DNA of 64,000 nt from Eledone cirrhosa (GCA_964016885.1 OZ024742.1:27652001-27716000), one strand, 5' to 3'; positions 12,543-25,167 are shown, counted from the stretch's first letter. The notes: generated from the sequence alone by a model not told the origin. Numbers and translations: made by a program.

Positions 12543-12630
12543 CTGATGAATTGACTAGTTACAACTATGTATTGGTGATCGAATGACGCGAAAACAGGCG
12601 GGTAGCGATCTCTAGACCTACCAGCTCAGA
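12543..12630 (+). ncRNA. Possible degenerate hammerhead / Penelope pLTR remnant
   Basis: ctgatga...cgaaa...ggtag/ctacc hairpin...ctc-agag. Stem II is not convincing. Confidence 0.25.
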
Positions 12631-12763
12631 GAAACAATTGTCAACAATGTGATTAAAAACCTTTTTTGTATAGCAAACCATGTCACTCTTCTTTCTTGAT
12701 TTATATATATATATATATATATACCTAAATATATATATATATTACATACATATATTACTAATA

Positions 12764-15113
12764 TGGAGGAGAGTGACTTGGTGGTGGAACAATAAGGTAG
12801 ATGAGGCAGTTAAGGCCAAGAGACAGGCATGGAAAGAATGGAAGAACAGGGGGAGCAGGGTACATTACATAGAGACCAAGAGGGAAGCTAGGCGACAAGT
12901 ATACTTAGCTAGGAGGGAACCAGAGGATAGAACATTCAAGCATGTTTTGCAACGTGAGGACCAGAAACAGGAGGTGTTCAAGATTGCGAGGCAGTGCGTC
13001 AGAGAGAATTGTGATGTCATTGGAGAGAAGTGTATCCGTAATGATAAAGGTGAGCTTGCCCTCACAAGTGCTGAGAAGAAAGATGCATGGAAAAGCCATT
13101 ATGATAGATTACTAAATGAGGAGAATGCATGGGAAGAAGAGACCCTACCACAAGTAGACCCTATAGAGGGGCCAGCAGTACAATCAGCAGCAGCGTAGTA
13201 AGTAAGGCAATCAAAGATATGAAGATGAGGAAGGCAACCGGTCCATCGGGTATAGCTGCCGAGATGCTGAAGGCATCTGGGTCTGTAGGTCACACTATAA
13301 CCACACGTATTGTTAACCAGGTAATACTAGAAGGTGTCATACCAAAAGATTGGTGCAGTAGCATCATTGTCAACTGCTACAAAGGTAAAGGCGATGCACT
13401 AGATAGAGGAAACTATAGAGGTATAAAGCTGATGGACCAGGTCATGAAAGTAACAGAAAGAGTTATAGCACAGTTGATTAGGGACCAGGTGAAAATAGAT
13501 GAGATGCAATTTGGGTTTGTACCAGGAAGAGGCACCACTGATGCCCTCTTCCTTGTGAGGCAGTTACAGGAAAAGTACCTAGCTAAAAGTAACCCACTCT
13601 ACCTGGCATTCGTCAATCTCGAGAAAGCCTTTGACAGAGTTCCACGTGCTGTATTCTGGTGGGCTCTTAGAAAACTAGGAGTAGATGAATGGCTTGTGAA
13701 AGCTGTACAAGCCATGTATAGGGGAGCAGTCAGCAAAGTTATGATTAGCAATGAGTATAGCGAGGAATTTAGCGTACAGGTTGGTGTCCACCAGGGCTCT
13801 GTTCTTAGCCCTCTCCTGTTCATCATAGTCCTGCAGGCAATAACGGAGGAGTTTAATACCGGATGCCCATGGGAACTCCTGTATGCTGATGACCTCGCAC
13901 TTATAGCTGAATCTATGGTAGAACTAGAGAAGAAATTCCAAACTTGGAAGCAGGGACTAGAAAGAAAGGGTCTCAAAGTCAACATGACAAAGATTAAGGT
14001 CATTGTAAGTAGACGAGGAAACAGAACCCAGATCCCCTCAGGGAAATGGCCTTGCTCAGTATGTAGGAAAGGTGTAGATAGGAACTCCATTCTCTGCTCC
14101 AAATGCAAACAATGGGTACAAAAGTGATGTAGCGGGATCTCAGGAAGCTTAATTAAGAATGTAGGCTTCACATGTAGCAGCTGTGCTGGGACAGGAAGCA
14201 GCAAACAGCCACAGGAAACAAGTACCACCAATCTCTGGGAGGGCTCTGCAGAAACAGTAGACAGCTTCTGCTACCTAGGTGACCGAATTAGCAGCGCAGG
14301 TGGATGTTCAGAAAGTACAATAACTAGCGTAAGAACGGGATGGAAGAAGTTTAGGGAACTACTGCCACTGCTAGCTGCAAAAGGCTTCTCCCTCAAAATG
14401 AAAGGCAGACTGTATGATGCGTGTATCCGAACAGCAATGTTACATGGTAGTGAGACCTGGGCGCTGAAGGTGGAAGACTTACGTAGATTAGAAAGAAACA
14501 AAGCATGCTCCGATGGATGTGTAATAGTAATATACGCGAACGACAAAGCATAAATGAATTGAGAGAGAGACTGAGCATAAGAGGAATCAAATGCTGTGTG
14601 CAGGAGAGGCGGTTGCGTTGGCATGGACATGTGATGCGTATGAAGGATGACAGCTGCATAAAAAGGTGCAGAGCACCAGAAGTCAATGGAAACCGCGGAG
14701 TGGGGAGACCCAAGAAGACCTGGGATGAGGTGATAACAGCCGACCTTACCCAATTACACCTCTCAAAGGCGATGACACACGACCGTGACCTCTGGCGTCA
14801 CGCAGTAATACAGAGTACCCGACCTCCCATGGGTACAAGCTGAAGCATATAGACAATATGCTCCCACACCCTCCCACTGCAAGGTAGTCGTGGAGGTGCC
14901 ACAGCAAAAAAGCACCCAGCCCACACTGTAAAGTGGATGTGTAGGCGCCACGGAAAAAAGCACCCAGCACTCACTGCAAATGAGGTTGGTGTTAGGAAGG
15001 GCATCCAGCTGTAGAAAGCCAAAATCACTTCCTGTATGAGCAAGGCTGGTCAGCCGACCAGACACTGCCCACAACAGGACAACCCCTCTAACCCATGCTG
15101 TAATGATGATGAT
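12764..15113 (+). mobile_element. 5'-truncated RTE-clade LINE (defective RT ORF + 3' UTR + GAT tail)
   Basis: RT motifs NYRGIKL, QFGFVPGRGTTDA, FVNLEKAFDRV (D>N), GVHQGSVLSPLLF, LLYADDL and C-terminal RRLRWHGHV..GRPKKTW. Frameshifts near 13185 and 14503, stop at 14125. No AP endonuclease. TSD-like atatt(a/g)ctaatat at 12752-12764 and 15112-15124. Confidence 0.95.
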
Positions 15114-15839
15114 ATTGCTAATATACATGTGTGTGTGTATAGAAGGTAGAGTGACTCAAAACAATAAATGATTCTGAGTGTGACAATCCGTCCAACCCAT
15201 GCCAACAGACTTAAAATGATGGTAATGATGCCAATATTTTATATATATATATACACGTTTCTGTATGTGTGTGTGTGTAAGGGGAGTGGAGGTGTATAAA
15301 GAAGTGTGGAACCTTCAACGTGGGCAAAACCTGCAGAAAGGGAGACCAAGTCAGGCATAGGACGAAGTTGTGAAAAATGACATAAAGATATTGAAACTCA
15401 CAAAGATGATGCATTACTGGAATATTCTTCTCTAATTTCCTCACAACATATATTTAGAAGAATTTCAATAGTTAGTTATCCATCCATTTAGGAAGCCTAC
15501 TGTATTTTCCACTTCAATTCAATTCATCCTTTGTTAGGACTATAACCCTATAAACTTTTGCCAACATTCTTTTGCATTTGCCATGCCTTTAAATAACTTT
15601 TAATATATGTGAATCATTGTCAATTTTGATATGCATGAACTAACTAGTATACACACACACATATATATATATATATACTCACACACACACTCATACATAT
15701 ATATATGTATATATATATATATATACTCACACACACACTCATACATATATATATGTATATATATATACACAAAACGCAGCACCAACAGCTTTGCAAGAGA
15801 TGTCAACATGAATCAACCTGTTATTTTCATCTAAAGACA

Positions 15840-16015
15840 TTTTTTCCAATTCCAACCCGTCTGTCCCCTCAATCTATCTTATTTCTCATTCTTTCTTCTG
15901 ATGAAGGACTAGCGTCCAAAACGTTAAGACCCTCTTCCTGCTATATCAAACGTTAACCTAATATATCTCTTCCATATACTGTACCGATTGTGTTGTTATT
16001 TCTGTTTACCTTTTA
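15840..16015 (+). mobile_element. Penelope-like pLTR remnant with minimal hammerhead (15894-15929)
   Basis: tctt-CTGATGA-a-ggac-tagc-gtcc-AAAA(G>A)-cgt-t-aaga. Stem I tctt/aaga, palindromic stem III acgt. Confidence 0.65.
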
Positions 16016-16030
16016 CATGTGTGTGTGCGT

Positions 16031-16032
<2 letters not shown>

Positions 16033-16113
<81 letters not shown>
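16033..16113. repeat. (AG)n microsatellite
   Basis: Pure AG run. Confidence 0.98.
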
Positions 16114-16117
<4 letters not shown>

Positions 16118-16384
16118 GGTTTTGTTTATGTATATCAAGAGTGCTTAAATAATATAACCAGGCTGGTACATGTCTTTTGCCAGAAAACTTACAACCATTC
16201 ACCATTGTATTTGTAATGAAATGCACTGCCTATATGTTTTAATAGATTTGAAATAAATAAAAAAATTGGAGTAATTTAAAATTATAATTAACCTTTTCAA
16301 TAAGCTGATGTTTGGAATGTTACTTCACAAAAATATGTTTGTAGCTTGTAACAAATTAAAAAAAAAAATCTTTTTTATTCGAGT

Positions 16385-16633
16385 CAACAAGATCTCAGAC
16401 CTCATTTGCTTACTGAGTGAGGTGAATCCCATCAAAGCAGACCAAGTAAGCAATGTTTCCATTGGTCTTTCCAACTGCTGATACTACATAATGGTTGCAA
16501 CTCCTAGCAGAAGAAGCAATGTGAAATAGCGTTTCTTGCTCAAGGACATAATGCATTGCATAGTCCAGGAATCAAACTCACAACCAGCTGATTGAGAATT
16601 CAATTCTCTAACCACTAAGCCATGTGTCTTCAC
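16385..16633 (-). mobile_element. SINE family B variant
   Basis: Ends ctaaccactaagccatgtgtct, the reverse complement of the head at 21305. Confidence 0.7.
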
Positions 16634-16899
16634 ATAACTTCACATAATGGTCTTCACATAACATCTTCACTTAACATAAATATGAATATTTTAGATGGGA
16701 AGTTTTGTTCACAAAACCAAAGAAGTTTTATATGGTATCTAAAGGATTAACAGATAATTCAGTCAACACAGTCAATAATTTTAAAACCTGGTCACATGTC
16801 TTCTGTTAGAGCCTCTTGTTGATCAATGCTCAGTGAGTGGAGTTTTGTAAACAGAAACTGCAGAAGTCTGCCACATATATCTATGTATGTATATATATT

Positions 16900-16964
<65 letters not shown>

Positions 16965-17845
16965 GTCGGGTCAACCATCGGCTGGTATCATGTAACCAAT
17001 CTACTGGTATCATGTAACCCAGTACAACCTGCCTCATGGTCAAGTGTTTAGTGACTAAACCAGCTCCCCCAACAGACCCTGGTCTGGTGAAAAGGGCAAG
17101 TGGAACCCCAGCAGCTTCAAAAACAAGAGCTGTAAAAAGGGCAGATGAACTCCTGAGAGTCAATGGCCATCTATCCCAAATATGGGTTTAATAGCATCAC
17201 CAATACACAATCAGTCAAGCGTGGTAAGTACACCTACATCCCTGACATGACTAAAACCAAACAAAAGTGGTGGAGTTCAACTAGGGAAGTGTTTTTCCAA
17301 CAGGAGTGAGAAGGAAAGCATTGGGTTTAATTGTGTACATATACGTATAAATATATATCAGGATAATATTAACTAGTTTAATACTGGAACAGTCATCATC
17401 ATCATCAATGGACATTAAACGATGATGATGATGATGATTAATCCAGTATTAAACTAGTTAGACCATTATTCAACATAATACTCGATACTTGGGATAGCAG
17501 TGTGTGATTATATTAGAAATATTAGAGAAGAGTTGAGGCCCGATGTACTGCAAATTTCATTCTATGAATTCATTGATATTTTATTTCTCTATGCCATTAA
17601 TGTTCACATCCAAGTTGCTGGTTTAACAATGAGCTCCGTTTTAGAAATATGTTCAGCTAATTATTGTAAAATATAATCTTGGAAGCACAGTCAGAACTAA
17701 TGCAGCTGAGAAGTATTCTCTCGTTGAGCAGATGTAAGCTAATGATATATTTCATATCACCCACAGTGAGAATAAATATTAAAAAACTTCAGGGCCATAT
17801 AGAAGATAGTGGTGTCGAAAAAAGAATAACAAAGAATAATGAAAA

Positions 17846-19072
<1,227 letters not shown>

Positions 19073-19167
19073 AATGTTGTAACATGATTTCCTATTGCTA
19101 TAATTAAAGTTGAATTGAATGAAAAGAAAGGGTTTATTGTATATATCCCTCTCTATATTATAAAGAC

Positions 19168-19202
<35 letters not shown>

Positions 19203-19286
19203 GTATATATATACATATATATGTATATATATATACATATATATGTATATATATATATGTATATATATATATATGTATATATATAC

Positions 19287-19317
<31 letters not shown>

Positions 19318-19374
19318 CATATATATATATACATATATATGTATATATATATACATATATATGTATATATATAC

Positions 19375-19409
<35 letters not shown>

Positions 19410-19504
19410 GTCTTTATAATATAGAGAGGGATATATACAATAAACCCTTTCTTTTCATTCAATTCAACTTTAATTATAGCAATAGGAAATCATGTTACAA
19501 CATT
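19073..19504. repeat. ~432-bp near-perfect palindrome
   Basis: Unique arms of ~96 bp (19073-19168 and 19409-19504) are reverse complements, and the internal TA-rich tract is also mirrored. Confidence 0.92.
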
Positions 19505-19577
19505 CATCAACCTAACTTAACAATAATAATTACATCAACCCTTCTCCTCATCTTTATTGTTATTATTATTATTATTA

Positions 19578-19940
19578 TTAAAAGTACCAGTAATGTGCTG
19601 AGTAATTGCAGGCCTTGTGCCAAAAGTAGAAACAATTATTATTATCATTATTGGCAGTATCGGTAGAGAGTTGGACGCCATGTTTTGCAGCAAAGAGTTA
19701 CGTCCCTTTATGAACTGAGTTCAAATCCCGCCTAGGTTAACTTTGCCTTTCATCCTTACGGGGGTCGATGAAATAAAGTACCAGTAATACACCGGTAATT
19801 GCTGGCCTTGTGCCTAACGTAGAAACAATTATTATTATTAGCCTTTCATCCTTACGGGGTCGATAAAATAACGTACCAGTAATACACTGGGTATGTGCTG
19901 GCCTTGTGCCTAACGTAGAAACAATTATTATTATTATTAT
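19578..19940 (+). mobile_element. SINE family A with flanking partial tandem copies
   Basis: Full copy at ~19651-19835 plus 3' halves at ~19578-19645 and ~19840-19935, each ending (ATT)n. Confidence 0.8.
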
Positions 19941-19941
19941 C

Positions 19942-20224
19942 TGTAGTACTAGTAGTAATTATAGTAGTAGTAGTAGTAGTAGTATTAGGAGCAGCAATAG
20001 TAGTAGTAACAGTAGTAGTAGAAGTAGCATTAGTAGTAGCAGCAGGAGTAGTAGCAGCAGCAACAACAACATTCACAGCAGCAGTTATAAGAACAGCAAC
20101 AGGCACCACAACAGCAACAACAACAACAACACCACGAACACCAACAACTGCAGCAGCAACAGCAACAACAACAACAGCAACAGGCACCGCAACAGCAACA
20201 ACAACAACAACTGCAGCAGCAACA
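19942..20224. repeat. (AGT)n/(AGC)n/(AAC)n trinucleotide low-complexity tract
   Basis: Direct inspection. Confidence 0.9.
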
Positions 20225-21077
20225 GAGCCTTGAGTGTTTTTATACCTGAATGCTGATTACCAATTGGTGTACAAGTAATGAGAAAATAATCAACTACTTT
20301 TGGTAAAGCTGAAGTTTGGAACAGCATCAAGTCCAGGGGCAGAACTCATTATTTAGGTATTTGAATAACAACAAAAGCTAATTTCTCTTATATGTAGCAG
20401 CTGCTTTGTACTGCATTGAAGTGGCTTGTGTGAGAATTTACTATCATTCTTACCATCCTTACTATACTCTAACACAGTATCTAGTTGATCTTAACATCTA
20501 TGCATAAAGGCATATATATATATATATTGGTGGCCCTTGAAATATGTATAATAAAATAAATATGGTTTTATAAATTTAGTTTCCATTTATTAATATATTG
20601 TGTATTTACTCCACTAAACTGTTGAGTGCTTTATATCAGTTATAACAATTTTTAAGCTTGTTGAATCCCAACAAATTAAATATAACCTCTGCATATATAT
20701 ATATATATATATATTTAATACATTAAGAGAGAAAGCTTTAAGCAATACTCCCACCGACTTCCATCTCACTCAACAAACATTAGGATATACCTGAGTATAA
20801 CCCTATTTATATGTTTGGGGTGATAACTATATTGTATTTTGCAGATAGCCGGCTGTATTATTTTATATGAGACATAAAAGAAAATTTTGCTCTACATGGC
20901 TGAATACAATAAATGTAATCTAAGTTTTTTGAATATTAATGATAATATTAATAATAACATAATAACATAATAATAACATAGCAATTATGCAAACAAGCCT
21001 CAATTTTATAGCCATGTCAGTAGAATGAACCCTTTTTCTTGCTCTTGTGTTGGTTTGCGAACAGAACTGCAGACACT

Positions 21078-21108
21078 AATATTTCTGGGTATCACCCTTC
21101 ATCAGTAC
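21078..21108 (-). ncRNA. Decayed minimal hammerhead motif
   Basis: Minus strand: CTGATGA-a-gggt-gat-accc-a-GAAA-tatta. Stem I is not evident. Confidence 0.45.
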
Positions 21109-21124
21109 AGCTCACTGTTCACAT

Positions 21125-21173
<49 letters not shown>

Positions 21174-21302
21174 CACATATATACATACACATATATACAT
21201 ATGCACACATATATACATATATATACATATATACTATATATACATATATATACATAAATATATATACATATATATACATATACATAAATATATATATACA
21301 TA

Positions 21303-21645
21303 TGGAGGCACATGGCTTAGTGGTTAGAGCATTGGCCTTGCAATTAAAAGGTTGTGAGTTCAATTCTCAGACCAGGTGATGTGTTGTTTCCTTGAGCAAG
21401 ACTCTTTATTTCACATTGCTCCAGTTTACTCAGCTGTAGAAATGAGATGATAGGGACTGGGGTCCATATCATTCCACTGCAAAGTGGACGTGTAGGTGCC
21501 ACGGCAAAAAAGCACCCAGCACTCACTGTAAATGAGGTTGGTGTTAGGAAAGGCATCCAGCTGTAGAAATCAAGCCAGCATCAGTTCCCGTCCCACCCTT
21601 GCAAGCAGGGAAAAGCGGACGTAAAATGAAATGAATGAATGAATG
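21303..21645 (+). mobile_element. SINE family B head/core joined to RTE 3' UTR
   Basis: tggcttagtggttag (A box), gagttcaattc (B box), ccttgagcaagactcttt core. 21476-21625 matches the RTE 3' UTR at 24525-24725. Confidence 0.75.
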
Positions 21646-21949
21646 AATATATACATATATATATACCTATACATATATATATACACACACACATATATAC
21701 GTATATATATATACACGTATATATATATATATGTATGTAGATATATGTGTGTGTGTGTGTGGTTTACCACAGGGTAGAATTGGTCATTCTGCAATGTTAC
21801 TCATGACGTAATATGAGAAAAGCACTCAATGTTATGCAACTCATCCATCTCCAATGATAGATCATGTTGGTGGTGATGCAGGAACAGAGTAAATGTATTA
21901 TAAAGTCAAATGAGAGGAGGCCCAATATATTAATTATTTATTTCTGCAA

Positions 21950-22007
21950 ACACTATACACATTTCAGTGGCCAGGTTGTGTAATGACCCAAGGACATCTT
22001 CAGGTTT
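21950..22007 (-). ncRNA. Decayed hammerhead motif
   Basis: Minus strand: aaac-CTGAAGA-tgtcc...ggcca-ct-GAAA-tgtgta, interpreted as CpG-decayed gaaacgcgta. Confidence 0.45.
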
Positions 22008-22245
22008 AAATTGCGTACTTGAGGTATACCAATGGAATGATGGTAAACTTTAAGGAAACTAGTAAAGAAAAACATAGAGAAGTAAAAATTTGTGTGTTTA
22101 TGATTTTGACCCAGGGACGAACCAAACGGCGTGCACTACACTGACTCGTTGTCTCTATATATATTACAATTATACTCATGTAATATATATATATATATAT
22201 ATACAATATATTAATAAATGGAAACTATATTTATAAAACCATATT

Positions 22246-22311
22246 TATTTTATTATACATATTTCAAGGGCAACCAAGGAAAATGATGGTGCGCTTTCAT
22301 CAGATAAAATA
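22246..22311 (-). ncRNA. Type I minimal hammerhead ribozyme motif, core intact
   Basis: Minus strand: tattttat-CTGATGA-aagcgcacc-(12 nt)-ggttgccctt-GAAA-tatgta-T-A-ataaaata. Perfect 8-bp stem I, imperfect stem II, short stem III ata/tat, AUA triplet. Confidence 0.7.
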
Positions 22312-22433
22312 CAGATTTATTTTATAAATAAATATTGACATACCCGGAAAAAAAGACAACCTTAACGGTTGGAGCTTCCTGGATAGTGGAGATATTACAT
22401 TTATTGAGGGTAATACAAAATTATGAGTGAGTA

Positions 22434-22475
<42 letters not shown>

Positions 22476-22477
22476 TT

Positions 22478-22645
22478 CCGTATTTCCCGGCATCGAAGAT
22501 TCTACTCTTTTCCTAAAATGAGTCTCAAAAATCTACCATGCGTCCTGGAGGCCGAAGGTTGTTTATCATCTTTTATCAAATTTTTGGTCGTCAGAATTAG
22601 AGTGCGTCCTTGACGACGAAACATCTTCGGCACTGGGAAATACGG
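22478..22645. mobile_element. 168-bp MITE, TcMar (Tc2/pogo-like CCGTATTT ends)
   Basis: TIR ccgtatttcccggcatcgaagat versus reverse complement ccgtatttcccagtgccgaagat. TA on the right, TT on the left, embedded in (TA)n. Confidence 0.7.
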
Positions 22646-22691
22646 TATGTGTATATACATATATATGTATATCTATGTGTGTATGTGTGTG

Positions 22692-22726
<35 letters not shown>

Positions 22727-22727
<1 letters not shown>

Positions 22728-23483
22728 TAGGGCGGGTAAAATTCCCGAGATCCATGGACGAGTTCTCTCCAGTGGTCTCTGTCCCTCATTATCGCTGCCA
22801 TGACCTGCGTCTCCAACAGACCAGTGTCTGTCCTTAGGGCATCAACATATGTTAACCTTGGTCTTCCTCTTCCAGTTTTTCCATGCAGGGGCTCCCACAT
22901 GAGCACTGAGTGCAGTATCAACTCTGGATGTCGGTGAGCATGTCCAGCTAACCTCAGTCTCCTCTGTGTCACATTTGAGCTGACTTTTGGGAGGCTCCCA
23001 TACAGCTCTGAGTTTTTCATCCTCAGTGTATACTGATTAATGTTCAGAGCCATCCTCTCCATTCTCTTGTAACACCCATCCCCCATCTGAGTGAGTTTCT
23101 TGGTCAGTGTCCAAGTCTCAGACCCGTACAGCAGCACAGACTCCACTACAGCAATGAAGAGGCGGATCTTCAGATCTTCACGAAGGTCCGACTTCCACAC
23201 CGATCTCAAATTGTAGCACGCCACCCAGGCTTTGTTCTTCCTCTCAACCACATCATCTTCCGTACTCCCAATCTTTGCTCCCAAGTACAGGAAGTCCTCA
23301 ACTAATTCCAGCGGCTTCCCGCCTACATTAGTAATTCCCTCTGGCTTCTCAACATTCTCTACCAGACATTTTGTCTTAGTCTCATTCATTCTCAGCCCCA
23401 CACTCATCAACACAGTCTCAACTTCCTGCATCAAATCCTCTGCCTCCTTCACTGAATCTGTCACCAAAACTATGTTGTTGGCA
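22727..23483 (-). mobile_element. 5'-truncated RTE-like LINE, second family
   Basis: Open frame FANNIVLV (FADD-like), GLRMNETKTK, DFLYLG, LLYGSETWTL, RRLRLAGH, GRPRLTY. Confidence 0.9.
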
Positions 23484-23521
23484 AATATATATATATACAA
23501 ATATATATAAATACATATATA

Positions 23522-24748
23522 TAGAACTAGAGAATAAATTCCAAACCTGGAAGCAGGGACTAGAGAGAAAGGGCCTCAAAGTCAACATGACAAAGACTAA
23601 GGTCCTTATAAGTAGACGAGAAAACAGAACCCAGATCCCCTCAGGGAAATGGCCTTGCTCAGTATGTAGGAAAGGTGTAGGTAGGAACTCCATTCTTTGC
23701 CCCAAATGCAAACAATGGGTACACAAGAGATGTAGCGGGATCTCAGGAAGCTTAATTAAGAATGTAGGATTCACATGCAGCAGCTGTGCTGAAACAGCAA
23801 GCAAACAGCCACAGGAAACAAGTACCACCAATCTCTGGGAGGGCCCTGTAGAAACAGTAGACAGCTTCTGCTACCTAGGTGACCGAATTAGCAACGGAGG
23901 TGGGTGCTCAGAAAGTACAATAACTAGGGTAAGAACGGGATGGAAGAAGTTTAGGGAACTACTACCACTGCTAGCTGCAAAAGGCTTCTCCCTCAGAATG
24001 AAAGGCAGACTGTATGATGCGTGTATCCGAACAGCGATGTTGCATGGTAGTGAGACCTGGGCGCTGAAGGTGGAAGACTTACGTAGATTAGAGAGAAACG
24101 AAGCCTGCATGCTCCGATGGATGTGTAACAGTAATATACGTGAACGACAAAGCATAAATGAATTGAGAGAGAGACTGAGCATAAGAGGAATCAAATGCTG
24201 CGTGCAGGAGAGGCGGTTACGCTGGTATGGACATGTGATGCGTATGAAGGATGACAGCTGCATAAAAAGGTGCAGAGCACTAGAAGTTGATGGAAACCGC
24301 GGAGTGGGGAGACCCAAGATGACTTGGGATGAGGTGATAAAAGCCGACCTTACCCAACTACACCTCTCAAAGTCAATGACACACGACCGTGACTTCTGGC
24401 GTCACGCAGTAATACAGGGTACCCGACCTCCCATGGGTACATGCTGAAGCATATAAACAATATGCCCCCCCCCCCACCGCAAGGTGGTCGTGGAGGTGCC
24501 ACGGCAAAAAAGCACCCAGCCCACACTGTAAAGTGGACGTGTAGGCGCCACGAAAAAGCACCCAGCACTCACTGTAAATGAGGTTGGTGTTAGGAAGGGC
24601 ATCCAGCTGTAGAAATCAAGCCAGATCAGTTCCTGTATGAGCAAGGCATGGTCAGCCGACCAGACACTGCCCACAACAGGACAACCCGTCTAACCCATGC
24701 TAGCGTGGAAGAACGGACGTAAAACGGTGATGATGATGATGATGATGA
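23522..24748 (+). mobile_element. 5'-truncated RTE LINE, same family as 12764-15113
   Basis: Uninterrupted ORF remainder to 24447, highly similar to 13919-15113, with 3' UTR and (GAT)n tail. Confidence 0.95.
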
Positions 24749-24751
24749 TAT

Positions 24752-24794
<43 letters not shown>

Positions 24795-24799
24795 AACGA

Positions 24800-24875
24800 G
24801 TAGGACCCCAACGGCTGAGCTCAAGCCGTTTCGACGGCTAATTCTGGACTAAAGTCCAGAATTAGCCGTCGAAAC
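24800..24875. other. CpG-rich double hairpin (half hammerhead on the minus strand)
   Basis: 23-bp perfect stem at 24828-24850/24853-24875 plus an aacggct/agccgtt hairpin. Confidence 0.6.
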
Positions 24876-25167
24876 ATACACAGATATCATAATCATCATC
24901 ATCAACTTCATACATATGAATCAAAGAAGTAGTTAATGATTGTATGGTAGCCATTATGGATGTTAAACAATATGAAACCACAAAAAGTATTTACTTCAAG
25001 ACACAGACTATTATGAAAGACTAAACAATTACCAATAACCCAAAATAAGGAAGAGCCTCACAAACTTCTTCATTCATCAGACCCCAAAAAGTGTTAATAA
25101 AAAAAGGAACCTGGAGGGATCCCATTTCGCCTGCTTGTATTAGCAATCATATTCTTTTGCTCATAAC

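Noticed and set aside
13599-14753. Long antisense ORFs over the RTE (also 23418-24317)
   Set aside because: Shadow frames of the LINE ORF with no independent motifs.
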